A DNA stretch of 64,000 nt from Escherichia coli. Lineage in GTDB: Bacteria > Pseudomonadota > Gammaproteobacteria > Enterobacterales > Enterobacteriaceae. Both the position numbers and the translations under genes were made by a program. Every line of letters begins with the position of its first letter. The first letter of the stretch is position 1. Positions 13,247 through 23,446 of this stretch are shown here, piece by piece. The stretch lies in assembly GCF_003334255.1 (NCBI RefSeq), contig NZ_QOWU01000015.1, one strand, 5' to 3'. A model generated the notes under the pieces. It had not been told where the DNA came from, made no database searches, and saw only the letters and a program-made list of their open reading frames with translations.

Positions 13247-14437
13247 TTACAGCACCTTATGCGGGCCAAAGCATTCGTAATGAATGTTTTCCTGCTTCAC
13301 GCCCAGATCCACTAACTGTTTCGCGGTAAACTGCATGAAGCCAACCGGGCCGCAGAGATAGAACTGCATTGTCGGATCGCTGAACGCACCTTCCAGTTTG
13401 CTCAAATCCATCAGACCTTCGCTATCAAACTGACCTTTAGCGCGATCGGCTTCGCTCGGCTGACGATACCAGGTGTGCGCGGTAAAGCGCGGCAGTGACT
13501 GCCCCAGTTCCTTAACTTCATCGGCAAAGGCGTGAACATCGCCATTTTCTGCCGCATGGAACCAGTTCACTTGTGCTGTGTGGCCTGCTTTTGCCAGCGT
13601 GTCGAGCATTGCCAGCATTGGCGTTTGACCAACACCGGCAGAGATTAACGTCACTGGTGTGTCATCTGAGACAGCCATAAAGAAATCACCTGCCGGAGCG
13701 ACCAGTTTCACGACATCGCCAAAATTGGCGTGATTGTGCAACCAGTTGGATACCTGCCCACCCTCTTCGCGTTTCACCGCAATACGATAGCCTTTGCCAT
13801 CCGGTTTGCGAGTCAAAGAGTACTGACGAATTTCCTGATGCGGGAAACCTTCCGGCTTCAGCCAGACGCCGAGATATTGCCCCGGACGGTATTCTGCCAC
13901 TGCGCCACCGTCGACCGGCTCCAGTTCGAAGCTGGTGATAAGCGCGCTGCGCGGTGTTTTAGCCACAATGCGGAAATCGCGAGTACCTTCCCAACCACCG
14001 GCTTTGCTGGCGTTTTCGTTATAGATTTCCGCCTCGCGATTGATAAATACATTAGCCAGTACACCATAGGCTTTACCCCACGCGTCCAGCACTTCCTGCC
14101 CCGGGCTGAACATTTCGTCCAGCGTTGCCAACAGGTGTTCACCGACGATGTTGTACTGTTCCGGTTTGATCTGGAAGCTGGTGTGCTTCTGCGCGATTTT
14201 TTCTACCGCTGGCAGCAGCGCAGGCAGGTTTTCAATATTACTGGCGTAGGCGGCAATAGCGTTAAACAGGGCTTCACGTTGATCGCCATTACGCTGGTTA
14301 CTCATGTTAAAAATTTCTTTGAGTTCTGGGTTATGAGTAAACATACGGTCGTAGAAATGGGCGGTTAACTTTGGCCCCGTTTCCACCAGTAAAGGGATGG
14401 TGGCTTTTACTGTAGCGATGGTTTGAGCGTCAAGCAT
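13247..14437 (-). CDS. hmp: Flavohemoprotein (NO dioxygenase), 396 aa
   Basis: [17 protein letters not shown]... globin domain plus FAD/NAD-binding domain; track ORF trimmed to the ATG at 14437. Confidence 0.96.
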   Translation of the reverse strand: MLDAQTIATVKATIPLLVETGPKLTAHFYDRMFTHNPELKEIFNMSNQRNGDQREALFNAIAAYASNIENLPALLPAVEKIAQKHTSFQIKPEQYNIVGEHLLATLDEMFSPGQEVLDAWGKAYGVLANVFINREAEIYNENASKAGGWEGTRDFRIVAKTPRSALITSFELEPVDGGAVAEYRPGQYLGVWLKPEGFPHQEIRQYSLTRKPDGKGYRIAVKREEGGQVSNWLHNHANFGDVVKLVAPAGDFFMAVSDDTPVTLISAGVGQTPMLAMLDTLAKAGHTAQVNWFHAAENGDVHAFADEVKELGQSLPRFTAHTWYRQPSEADRAKGQFDSEGLMDLSKLEGAFSDPTMQFYLCGPVGFMQFTAKQLVDLGVKQENIHYECFGPHKVL

Positions 14438-14463
14438 ATGGTCTTCCTTTTTTTGCATCTTAA

Positions 14464-14486
14464 TTGATGTATCTCAAATGCATCTT
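14464..14486. promoter_or_regulatory. NsrR operator in the hmp promoter
   Basis: Reverse complement is AAGATGCATTTGAGATACATCAA, an inverted repeat about 27 bp upstream of the hmp start. Confidence 0.6.
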
Positions 14487-14634
14487 ATAAAAAATAGCCC
14501 TGCAATGTAAATGGTTCTTTGGTGTTTTTCAGAAAGAATGTGATGAAGTGAAAAATTTGCATCACAAACCTGAAAAGAAATCCGTTTCCGGTTGCAAGCT
14601 CTTTATTCTCCAAAGCCTTGCGTAGCCTGAAGGT

Positions 14635-14650
14635 AATCGTTTGCGTAAAT
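14635..14650. promoter_or_regulatory. PUR-box-like half site upstream of glyA
   Basis: cgtttgcgt (ACGCAAACG on the other strand) about 115 bp upstream of glyA. Confidence 0.35.
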
Positions 14651-14764
14651 TCCTTTGTCAAGACCTGTTATCGCACAATGATTCGGTTATACTGTTCGCC
14701 GTTGTCCAACAGGACCGCCTATAAAGGCCAAAAATTTTATTGTTAGCTGAGTCAGGAGATGCGG

Positions 14765-16018
14765 ATGTTAAAGCGTGAAATGAACATTGCCGATTATGAT
14801 GCCGAACTGTGGCAGGCTATGGAGCAGGAAAAAGTACGTCAGGAAGAGCACATCGAACTGATCGCCTCCGAAAACTACACCAGCCCGCGCGTAATGCAGG
14901 CGCAGGGTTCTCAGCTGACCAACAAATATGCTGAAGGTTATCCGGGCAAACGCTACTACGGCGGTTGCGAGTATGTTGATATCGTTGAACAACTGGCGAT
15001 CGATCGTGCGAAAGAACTGTTCGGCGCTGACTACGCTAACGTCCAGCCGCACTCCGGCTCCCAGGCTAACTTTGCGGTCTACACCGCGCTGCTGGAACCA
15101 GGTGATACCGTTCTGGGTATGAACCTGGCGCATGGCGGTCACCTGACTCACGGTTCTCCGGTTAACTTCTCCGGTAAACTGTACAACATCGTTCCTTACG
15201 GTATCGATGCTACCGGTCATATCGACTACGCCGATCTGGAAAAACAAGCCAAAGAACACAAGCCGAAAATGATTATCGGTGGTTTCTCTGCATATTCCGG
15301 CGTGGTGGACTGGGCGAAAATGCGTGAAATCGCTGACAGCATCGGTGCTTACCTGTTCGTTGATATGGCGCACGTTGCGGGCCTGGTTGCTGCTGGCGTC
15401 TACCCGAACCCGGTTCCTCATGCTCACGTTGTTACTACCACCACTCACAAAACCCTGGCGGGTCCGCGCGGCGGCCTGATCCTGGCGAAAGGTGGTAGCG
15501 AAGAGCTGTACAAAAAACTGAACTCTGCCGTTTTCCCTGGTGGTCAGGGCGGTCCGTTGATGCACGTAATCGCCGGTAAAGCGGTTGCTCTGAAAGAAGC
15601 GATGGAGCCTGAGTTCAAAACTTACCAGCAGCAGGTCGCTAAAAACGCTAAAGCGATGGTAGAAGTGTTCCTCGAGCGCGGCTACAAAGTGGTTTCCGGC
15701 GGCACTGATAACCACCTGTTCCTGGTTGATCTGGTTGATAAAAACCTGACCGGTAAAGAAGCAGACGCCGCTCTGGGCCGTGCTAACATCACCGTCAACA
15801 AAAACAGCGTACCGAACGATCCGAAGAGCCCGTTTGTGACCTCCGGTATTCGTGTAGGTACTCCGGCGATTACCCGTCGCGGCTTTAAAGAAGCCGAAGC
15901 GAAAGAACTGGCTGGCTGGATGTGTGACGTGCTGGACAGCATCAATGATGAAGCCGTTATCGAGCGCATCAAAGGTAAAGTTCTCGACATCTGCGCACGT
16001 TACCCGGTTTACGCATAA
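14765..16018 (+). CDS. glyA: Serine hydroxymethyltransferase (417 aa)
   Basis: [22 protein letters not shown]...; PLP lysine motif [14 protein letters not shown]. Confidence 0.97.
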
Positions 16019-16057
16019 GCGAAACGGTGATTTGCTGTCAATGTGCTCGTTGTTCAT

Positions 16058-16155
16058 GCCGGATGCGGCGTGAACGCCTTATCCGGCCTACAAAACTTTG
16101 CAAATTCAATATATTGCAATCTCCGTGTAGGCCTGATAAGCGTAGCGCATCAGGC
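16058..16155. repeat. RIP/BIME-type element: two inverted REP palindromes flanking an A/T-rich central spacer
   Basis: gccggatgcggcgtgaacgccttatccggcctac ... gtaggcctgataagcgtagcgcatcaggc. Confidence 0.75.
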
Positions 16156-16215
16156 AATTTTTCGTTTATGATCATCAAGGCTTCCTTCGGGAAGCCTTTC
16201 TACGTTATCGCGCCA

Positions 16216-17409
16216 TCAAATCTGTCGTAACTGCGCCTCAACATACAAATAGCCAATTCCCAGCACCTGTTGTGCGCGGCTTAATTGCCCAAAGCCAATT
16301 TGCGTCGCTTTCACGCTCGGTCCTTCGTCGCGGTCGAACGGGTTAAATCCTGTCTGGCGAATAATAGTATTAAGCCAGTTCTCACCAAAGGCACAACTGC
16401 GACCGTACAACCAAATCTGATTAATATTGAGGATGTTGAGGAAGTTATACAGACTCAAACCAATGGCATTGGCAGAGCGATCAACCCAGCTGGTGATCCA
16501 CGGTTCTCCACTTTGCCAGGCAGCGATTAACTGCGCTGTAGTCAGTTTTTCAGGATCAAGTTGAGTACTAACCGGTTGTGATTTTAGCCATACCCGCGCC
16601 TGTTTTTTTAATGCGCTTAACGAGGCGACGGTTTCCAGGCAGCCATAACGTCCACAGTCGCAGACGACGCCATCCGGATTAACGATGGTGTGACCAATCT
16701 GTCCGCTACCATACAAACTGCCGCGATAAATTTGCTCGTTAATCACGAACGACGAGCCAATGCCGTAATCAACGTTGATCACGCAGAAATCCCGTTCCTG
16801 CGAATTATTTTGCCATTTCTCCGCCAGCGCCAGCATCACGCAGTCATTATCGACCATCACCCGAATGCCGAGCTTCTCTTCCAGCAGATATTTCACCTCC
16901 ACCGGCGTTGTCCACGGCGCTTGCGGCATGGTTTGCGACACGCCGGTCACAGGATCAACCTGACCGTGGATTGCCAACGCCAGGTTGATGGTATGGTCCG
17001 GCCACAATTTACGGTGGCGATGCCAGCATTTTTCGATTTCGGACAGCAGCGCCTGCGGCGTCGGTGCATCAATCTGTAAATACTCAAATTCACCTTTCGG
17101 ACTTAAACAAGCATTAGCAACCTGACACTCAATACTGGTGGGCGTCACGTTCAGGCACAGCGTCCAGTCACCTTCCGGCGCAATCAGCCATGTACCGCTA
17201 CTATGCCCGCGCGTATGGCTTTCATCGTCGATATTCACCACCCGTTTTTCGCTTTCCAGTTCCTGCAAAATATTACTGACTGCCGGAATCGAAATTTGCG
17301 CCAGTCGGGCCAGCGTTGATTTATTGGCGCGCTTTTGCCGGTACAGCAGTTCCAGAATCACGCATTTGTTATGGTGGCGGATCTGTTGATTGTTAATGCA
17401 GGCTCTCAT
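16216..17409 (-). CDS. yphH: ROK-family transcriptional regulator (397 aa)
   Basis: N-terminal HTH, ROK glucokinase-like fold with CxCGxxGC zinc motif (CDCGRYGC). Confidence 0.87.
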   Translation of the reverse strand: MRACINNQQIRHHNKCVILELLYRQKRANKSTLARLAQISIPAVSNILQELESEKRVVNIDDESHTRGHSSGTWLIAPEGDWTLCLNVTPTSIECQVANACLSPKGEFEYLQIDAPTPQALLSEIEKCWHRHRKLWPDHTINLALAIHGQVDPVTGVSQTMPQAPWTTPVEVKYLLEEKLGIRVMVDNDCVMLALAEKWQNNSQERDFCVINVDYGIGSSFVINEQIYRGSLYGSGQIGHTIVNPDGVVCDCGRYGCLETVASLSALKKQARVWLKSQPVSTQLDPEKLTTAQLIAAWQSGEPWITSWVDRSANAIGLSLYNFLNILNINQIWLYGRSCAFGENWLNTIIRQTGFNPFDRDEGPSVKATQIGFGQLSRAQQVLGIGYLYVEAQLRQI

Positions 17410-17526
17410 CTTCACTAAACCTTGTTTAGTTAATTGCGTGATTATTCCGCGAAAACATTGCCAGATTGTTCAATACACTGCCACAAATCTTTTAATTCAG
17501 TATGTCTTGTTAATATTGAGGGCACC

Positions 17527-20500
17527 ATGACTCCAGTAAAAGTGTGGCAAGAGCGCGTTGAGATCCCGACCTATGAAACCGGGCCGCAGGATATACATCC
17601 CATGTTCCTGGAAAATCGCGTTTATCAGGGATCGTCCGGCGCGGTTTATCCCTATGGCGTGACCGATACGCTGAGCGAGCAGAAAACCCTGAAATCCTGG
17701 CAGGCGGTGTGGCTGGAAAACGACTACATCAAAGTGATGATCCTGCCGGAACTGGGCGGTCGTGTGCATCGCGCATGGGATAAAGTGAAACAACGCGATT
17801 TTGTTTATCACAATGAAGTCATTAAACCTGCGCTGGTGGGGCTGCTGGGACCGTGGATCTCCGGTGGGATTGAGTTTAACTGGCCGCAACACCATCGCCC
17901 GACCACCTTTATGCCCGTTGATTTCACCCTCGAAGCCCATGAAGACGGCGCACAGACGGTGTGGGTCGGCGAAACGGAGCCGATGCATGGTTTACAGGTG
18001 ATGACAGGTTTCACCCTGCGCCCTGACCGGGCGGCGCTGGAAATCGCCAGCCGCGTCTATAACGGCAACGCCACGCCGCGTCATTTCTTGTGGTGGGCCA
18101 ACCCGGCAGTGAAAGGGGGGGAAGGGCATCAGAGCGTTTTCCCGCCGGATGTAACGGCGGTGTTTGATCACGGCAAACGGGCCGTCTCCGCTTTCCCCAT
18201 CGCCACCGGCACTTACTACAAAGTGGACTACTCCGCTGGAGTGGACATTTCTCGCTATAAAAATGTGCCCGTTCCAACCTCATATATGGCTGAAAAATCA
18301 CAGTACGATTTTGTTGGCGCGTGGTGTCACGATGAAGATGGCGGTTTGCTGCACGTTGCCAACCACCATATTGCGCCAGGTAAAAAACAGTGGAGTTGGG
18401 GACACAGTGAATTTGGCCAGGCGTGGGACAAGAGCCTGACCGACAATAACGGCCCGTATATCGAACTGATGACCGGTATTTTTGCCGATAACCAGCCTGA
18501 TTTTACCTGGCTTGATGCTTACGAAGAGAAGCGTTTCGAGCAGTATTTCCTGCCTTATCATTCTCTGGGCATGGTGCAAAATGCCTCCCGCGATGCGGTG
18601 ATAAAACTCCAGCGTAGTGAGCGGGGGATTGAGTGGGGGCTGTATGCCATCTCTCCGTTGAACGGATACCGCCTGGCGATCCGCGAAATCGGCAAATGCA
18701 ACGCGTTACTTGATGATGCCGTGGCCTTGACACCAGCGACCGCCATCCAGGGCGTGTTGCACGGTATCAATCCTGAAAGGCTGACCATTGAGCTCTCCGA
18801 TGCCGACGGCAATATTGTACTGAGTTATCAGGAACATCAGCCGCAAGAGTTGCCGTTGCCGGACGTCGCCAAAGCGCCACTGGCAGCACAAGACATTACC
18901 AGTACAGATGAAGCCTGGTTTATCGGTCAGCATCTGGAGCAATATCATCACGCCAGCCGTTCACCGTTCGATTACTACCTGCGCGGTGTGGCGCTGGATC
19001 CGCTGGATTACCGCTGTAACCTGGCGCTGGCGATGCTGGAATATAACCGCGCAGATTTCCCACAAGCGGTGGCGTATGCCACTCAGGCGCTGAAACGCGC
19101 ACATGCGCTGAACAAAAATCCGCAGTGCGGACAGGCGAGTTTGATTCGCGCCAGTGCTTACGAACGTCAGGGACAATATCAACAAGCCGAAGAGGATTTC
19201 TGGCGTGCGGTCTGGAGCGGCAACAGCAAAGCAGGCGGCTATTATGGTCTGGCACGACTGGCGGCGCGTAATGGAAACTTCGACGCGGGTCTGGATTTTT
19301 GCCAACACAGTCTTCGCACCTGCCCAACCAATCAGGAAGTGCTTTGCCTGCATAATCTGCTGCTGGTGTTAAGTGGTCGTCAGGACAACGCGCGTTTGCA
19401 GCGCGAGAAACTGCTGCGCGATTATCCGCTGAACGCCACTCTGTGGTGGCTGAACTGGTTCGATGGTCGTAGCGAATCAGCTCTCGCGCAGTGGCGCGGT
19501 CTGTGTCAGGGACGCGACGTTAACGCCCTGATGACCGCCGGGCAACTGATTAACTGGGGAATGCCCACCCTGGCGGCAGAGATGCTGAACGCACTGGACT
19601 GCCAGCGCACGCTGCCGCTTTACCTGCAAGCCAGCTTGCTGCCGAAAGCCGAACGTGGCGAACTGGTCGCAAAAGCCATTGATGTCTTCCCGCAGTTTGT
19701 CCGTTTCCCGAATACGTTGGAAGAAGTGGCGGCGCTGGAGAGTATTGAAGAGTGCTGGTTTGCTCGCCATTTACTGGCCTGCTTCTACTACAACAAACGT
19801 AGCTACAACAAAGCCATTGCCTTATGGCAACGTTGCGTAGAGATGTCGCCGGAGTTTGCCGACGGCTGGCGCGGGTTAGCGATCCATGCGTGGAATAAGC
19901 AACACGATTATGAGCTGGCCGCGCGTTATCTTGATAATGCTTATCAGCTTGCGCCGCAGGATGCACGTCTGCTTTTCGAACGGGATTTGCTTGATAAGTT
20001 AAGTGGAGCCACACCGGAGAAACGACTGGCGCGTCTGGAAAATAATCAGGAAATTGCGCTGAAACGCGACGACATGACCGCAGAACTGCTCAATTTGTGG
20101 CATCTCACGGGTCAGGCAGACAAAGCGGCGGACATTCTCGCCACGCGTAAATTCCACCCGTGGGAAGGCGGGGAAGGGAAGGTCACCAGTCAGTTTATCC
20201 TCAACCAGTTATTACGCGCCTGGCAGCATCTTGATGCCAGACAGCCGCAGCAGGCCAGCGAACTGCTTCATGCCGCGCTGCATTATCCGGAGAATTTAAG
20301 CGAAGGCCGTTTACCGGGGCAAACTGATAACGACATCTGGTTCTGGCAGGCGATATGCGCCAACGCGCAGGGCGATGAAACTGAAGCGATGCGTTGTTTA
20401 CGTCTGGCGGCGACCGGCGATCGCACCATTAACATCCACAGTTATTACAACGATCAGCCGGTTGATTATCTCTTCTGGCAAGGAATGGCGCTGCGACTGC

Positions 20501-20808
20501 TGGGTGAACAGCAAACCGCACAGCAACTGTTTAGTGAAATGAAACAGTGGGCGCAAGAGATGGCGAAAACCAGTATTGAGGCGGATTTCTTTGCTGTTTC
20601 ACAACCTGACCTGTTGTCGCTGTATGGCGATTTACAACAGCAGCATAAAGAAAAATGCCTGATGGTGGCGATGCTGGCGTCCGCGGGACTCGGGGAGGTT
20701 GCGCAATATGAATCTGCTCGCGCTGAATTGACGGCGATTAATCCGGCCTGGCCGAAAGCGGCATTATTCACCACCGTGATGCCTTTTATTTTTAACTACG
20801 TTCACTAA
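17527..20808 (+). CDS. yphG: Large uncharacterised protein (1093 aa) with TPR-like C-terminal half
   Basis: Track ORF 17434..20808 trimmed to the ATG preceded by a GAGGG Shine-Dalgarno; no signal peptide; synteny. Confidence 0.85.
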   Translation: MTPVKVWQERVEIPTYETGPQDIHPMFLENRVYQGSSGAVYPYGVTDTLSEQKTLKSWQAVWLENDYIKVMILPELGGRVHRAWDKVKQRDFVYHNEVIKPALVGLLGPWISGGIEFNWPQHHRPTTFMPVDFTLEAHEDGAQTVWVGETEPMHGLQVMTGFTLRPDRAALEIASRVYNGNATPRHFLWWANPAVKGGEGHQSVFPPDVTAVFDHGKRAVSAFPIATGTYYKVDYSAGVDISRYKNVPVPTSYMAEKSQYDFVGAWCHDEDGGLLHVANHHIAPGKKQWSWGHSEFGQAWDKSLTDNNGPYIELMTGIFADNQPDFTWLDAYEEKRFEQYFLPYHSLGMVQNASRDAVIKLQRSERGIEWGLYAISPLNGYRLAIREIGKCNALLDDAVALTPATAIQGVLHGINPERLTIELSDADGNIVLSYQEHQPQELPLPDVAKAPLAAQDITSTDEAWFIGQHLEQYHHASRSPFDYYLRGVALDPLDYRCNLALAMLEYNRADFPQAVAYATQALKRAHALNKNPQCGQASLIRASAYERQGQYQQAEEDFWRAVWSGNSKAGGYYGLARLAARNGNFDAGLDFCQHSLRTCPTNQEVLCLHNLLLVLSGRQDNARLQREKLLRDYPLNATLWWLNWFDGRSESALAQWRGLCQGRDVNALMTAGQLINWGMPTLAAEMLNALDCQRTLPLYLQASLLPKAERGELVAKAIDVFPQFVRFPNTLEEVAALESIEECWFARHLLACFYYNKRSYNKAIALWQRCVEMSPEFADGWRGLAIHAWNKQHDYELAARYLDNAYQLAPQDARLLFERDLLDKLSGATPEKRLARLENNQEIALKRDDMTAELLNLWHLTGQADKAADILATRKFHPWEGGEGKVTSQFILNQLLRAWQHLDARQPQQASELLHAALHYPENLSEGRLPGQTDNDIWFWQAICANAQGDETEAMRCLRLAATGDRTINIHSYYNDQPVDYLFWQGMALRLLGEQQTAQQLFSEMKQWAQEMAKTSIEADFFAVSQPDLLSLYGDLQQQHKEKCLMVAMLASAGLGEVAQYESARAELTAINPAWPKAALFTTVMPFIFNYVH

Positions 20809-20904
20809 ACCCTATTAACTGTAATATTTGAGCGGCATGCGCTGCCGCTCATCACAAAATAATTAGAATAAGCCGTTGTTAATAAAAACCCTACAGGAGG
20901 CACT

Positions 20905-21888
20905 ATGCCTAAAAAAATGAGAACAACCCGTAATCTATTATTAATGGCTACGCTATTAGGTAGCGCACTATTTGCCAGGGCTGCGGATAAAGAAATGACC
21001 ATTGGTGCAATATACCTTGATACCCAGGGATATTACGCTGGAGTGCGTCAGGGCGTTCAGGATGCGGCAAAAGATTCTTCAGTACAGGTACAGTTAATTG
21101 AAACTAACGCCCAGGGTGATATTTCGAAAGAAAGTACCTTTGTTGATACCCTCGTGGCGCGTAATGTCGATGCCATTATTTTATCGGCAGTGTCTGAAAA
21201 TGGCAGTAGCCGTACCGTTCGTCGCGCCAGTGAAGCGGGTATTCCGGTGATTTGCTACAACACCTGTATTAATCAAAAGGGTGTCGATAAATATGTCTCG
21301 GCGTATCTGGTCGGCGATCCACTGGAATTTGGTAAAAAACTGGGTAACGCTGCCGCCGATTATTTTATTGCCAATAAAATTGACCAGCCGAAAATTGCCG
21401 TCATCAATTGCGAAGCCTTTGAAGTTTGTGTGCAGCGACGTAAAGGATTTGAAGAAGTATTAAAATCCCGCGTTCCCGGCGCGCAAATTGTCGCTAATCA
21501 GGAAGGGACTGTTTTAGATAAAGCGATTTCCGTTGGTGAAAAACTGATTATCTCCACGCCGGATCTCAACGCCATTATGGGGGAGTCGGGCGGTGCGACA
21601 CTCGGCGCGGTAAAAGCGGTACGTAATCAAAATCAGGCCGGAAAAATTGCTGTTTTCGGTTCGGATATGACAACCGAAATTGCTCAGGAGCTGGAAAACA
21701 ATCAGGTGCTGAAAGCGGTAGTGGATATTTCCGGTAAGAAAATGGGCAATGCTGTTTTCGCGCAAACATTGAAGGTTATCAATAAACAAGCCGACGGTGA
21801 AAAAGTGATTCAGGTGCCAATCGATCTCTATACCAAAACGGAAGATGGTAAACAGTGGCTGGCAACGCACGTTGATGGTCTGCCCTAA
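20905..21888 (+). CDS. yphF: ABC transporter periplasmic sugar-binding protein
   Basis: Signal peptide, periplasmic-binding-protein type I fold; AGGAGG RBS. Confidence 0.9.
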   Translation: MPKKMRTTRNLLLMATLLGSALFARAADKEMTIGAIYLDTQGYYAGVRQGVQDAAKDSSVQVQLIETNAQGDISKESTFVDTLVARNVDAIILSAVSENGSSRTVRRASEAGIPVICYNTCINQKGVDKYVSAYLVGDPLEFGKKLGNAAADYFIANKIDQPKIAVINCEAFEVCVQRRKGFEEVLKSRVPGAQIVANQEGTVLDKAISVGEKLIISTPDLNAIMGESGGATLGAVKAVRNQNQAGKIAVFGSDMTTEIAQELENNQVLKAVVDISGKKMGNAVFAQTLKVINKQADGEKVIQVPIDLYTKTEDGKQWLATHVDGLP

Positions 21889-21910
21889 TCGCTGATTCGC
21901 AGAGGTCCCT

Positions 21911-23422
21911 ATGTTCACGGCAACAGAGGCAGTCCCGGTAGCAAAAGTGGTGGCAGGAAATAAGCGTTACCCCGGCGTCGTTGCGCTGGATAACGTTAAC
22001 TTCACGCTCAATAAAGGCGAAGTTCGTGCGCTGTTAGGTAAAAACGGCGCGGGCAAATCGACTCTCATTCGAATGCTTACCGGCAGCGAACGCCCGGATA
22101 GCGGTGATATCTGGATTGGCGAGACGCGACTGGAAGGTGACGAAGCTACGTTGACTCGCCGTGCCGCTGAACTGGGGGTTCGTGCGGTTTATCAGGAATT
22201 AAGTCTGGTGGAAGGGCTGACGGTGGCGGAAAACCTCTGCCTCGGTCAGTGGCCCCGCCGCAACGGCATGATTGATTACCTGCAAATGGCGCAGGATGCC
22301 CAACGTTGCTTACAGGCGCTGGGCGTTGACGTTAGTCCTGAACAACTTGTTTCAACGCTAAGCCCGGCGCAAAAGCAGCTGGTGGAAATTGCGCGGGTGA
22401 TGAAGGGCGAGCCGCGCGTGGTCATTCTTGATGAACCTACCAGTTCGCTTGCGAGTGCGGAAGTTGAACTGGTGATCAGCGCGGTGAAAAAGATGTCGGC
22501 ACTGGGCGTGGCGGTGATTTATGTCAGCCACCGGATGGAAGAAATTCGCCGCATTGCCTCCTGTGCCACCGTTATGCGCGATGGTCAGGTGGCGGGCGAT
22601 GTGATGCTCGAAAACACCTCCACGCATCATATTGTGTCGCTAATGCTAGGGCGTGATCACGTTGATATTGCGCCGGTAGCCCCTCAGGAAATTGTGGATC
22701 AGGCCGTACTGGAAGTCCGTGCGTTACGCCATAAGCCCAAGCTGGAGGATATCAGCTTTACGCTACGTCGTGGCGAAGTGCTTGGCATTGCTGGCCTGCT
22801 GGGGGCAGGGCGCAGTGAATTGCTGAAGGCGATTGTTGGGCTGGAGACGTATGAACAGGGCGAAATTGTTATCAACGGCGAGAAAATCATGCGCCCCGAT
22901 TACGGCGACATGCTGAAACGCGGCATTGGCTATACGCCAGAAAACCGCAAAGAAGCGGGGATCATTCCCTGGCTGGGCGTTGACGAAAATACAGTGCTGA
23001 CCAATCGGCAAAAAATCAGCACCAACGGTGTGCTGCAATGGTCCACCATCCGCCGCCTGACCGAAGAGGTGATGCAGCGGATGACGGTCAAGGCTGCCAG
23101 TAGCGAAACACCCATCGGCACGCTTTCTGGTGGCAATCAGCAAAAAGTGGTGATCGGTCGTTGGGTCTATGCCGCCAGCCAGATTTTGTTGCTCGACGAG
23201 CCAACGCGCGGCGTCGATATCGAAGCCAAACAGCAGATTTACCGTATTGTCCGTGAGCTGGCTGCCGAAGGAAAAAGCGTGGTGTTTATCTCCAGTGAAG
23301 TGGAGGAGTTGCCGCTGGTGTGCGACCGCATCCTGTTGTTACAGCACGGTACGTTCTCGCAGGAGTTTCACTCGCCGGTCAATGTGGATGAGCTGATGTC
23401 CGCCATTCTGTCTGTGCACTGA
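21911..23422 (+). CDS. yphE: ABC transporter ATP-binding protein with duplicated ABC domains (sugar type)
   Basis: Walker A GKNGAGKST, signature LSGGNQQK, second ABC domain. Confidence 0.92.
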   Translation: MFTATEAVPVAKVVAGNKRYPGVVALDNVNFTLNKGEVRALLGKNGAGKSTLIRMLTGSERPDSGDIWIGETRLEGDEATLTRRAAELGVRAVYQELSLVEGLTVAENLCLGQWPRRNGMIDYLQMAQDAQRCLQALGVDVSPEQLVSTLSPAQKQLVEIARVMKGEPRVVILDEPTSSLASAEVELVISAVKKMSALGVAVIYVSHRMEEIRRIASCATVMRDGQVAGDVMLENTSTHHIVSLMLGRDHVDIAPVAPQEIVDQAVLEVRALRHKPKLEDISFTLRRGEVLGIAGLLGAGRSELLKAIVGLETYEQGEIVINGEKIMRPDYGDMLKRGIGYTPENRKEAGIIPWLGVDENTVLTNRQKISTNGVLQWSTIRRLTEEVMQRMTVKAASSETPIGTLSGGNQQKVVIGRWVYAASQILLLDEPTRGVDIEAKQQIYRIVRELAAEGKSVVFISSEVEELPLVCDRILLLQHGTFSQEFHSPVNVDELMSAILSVH

Positions 23423-23446
23423 TGAATTTTACCGAGGAACCTGAAG

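Noticed and set aside
14768-16057. 429-aa antisense ORF covering all of glyA
   Set aside because: Same reasoning; glyA itself is unambiguous, and the antisense translation has no recognisable motifs.
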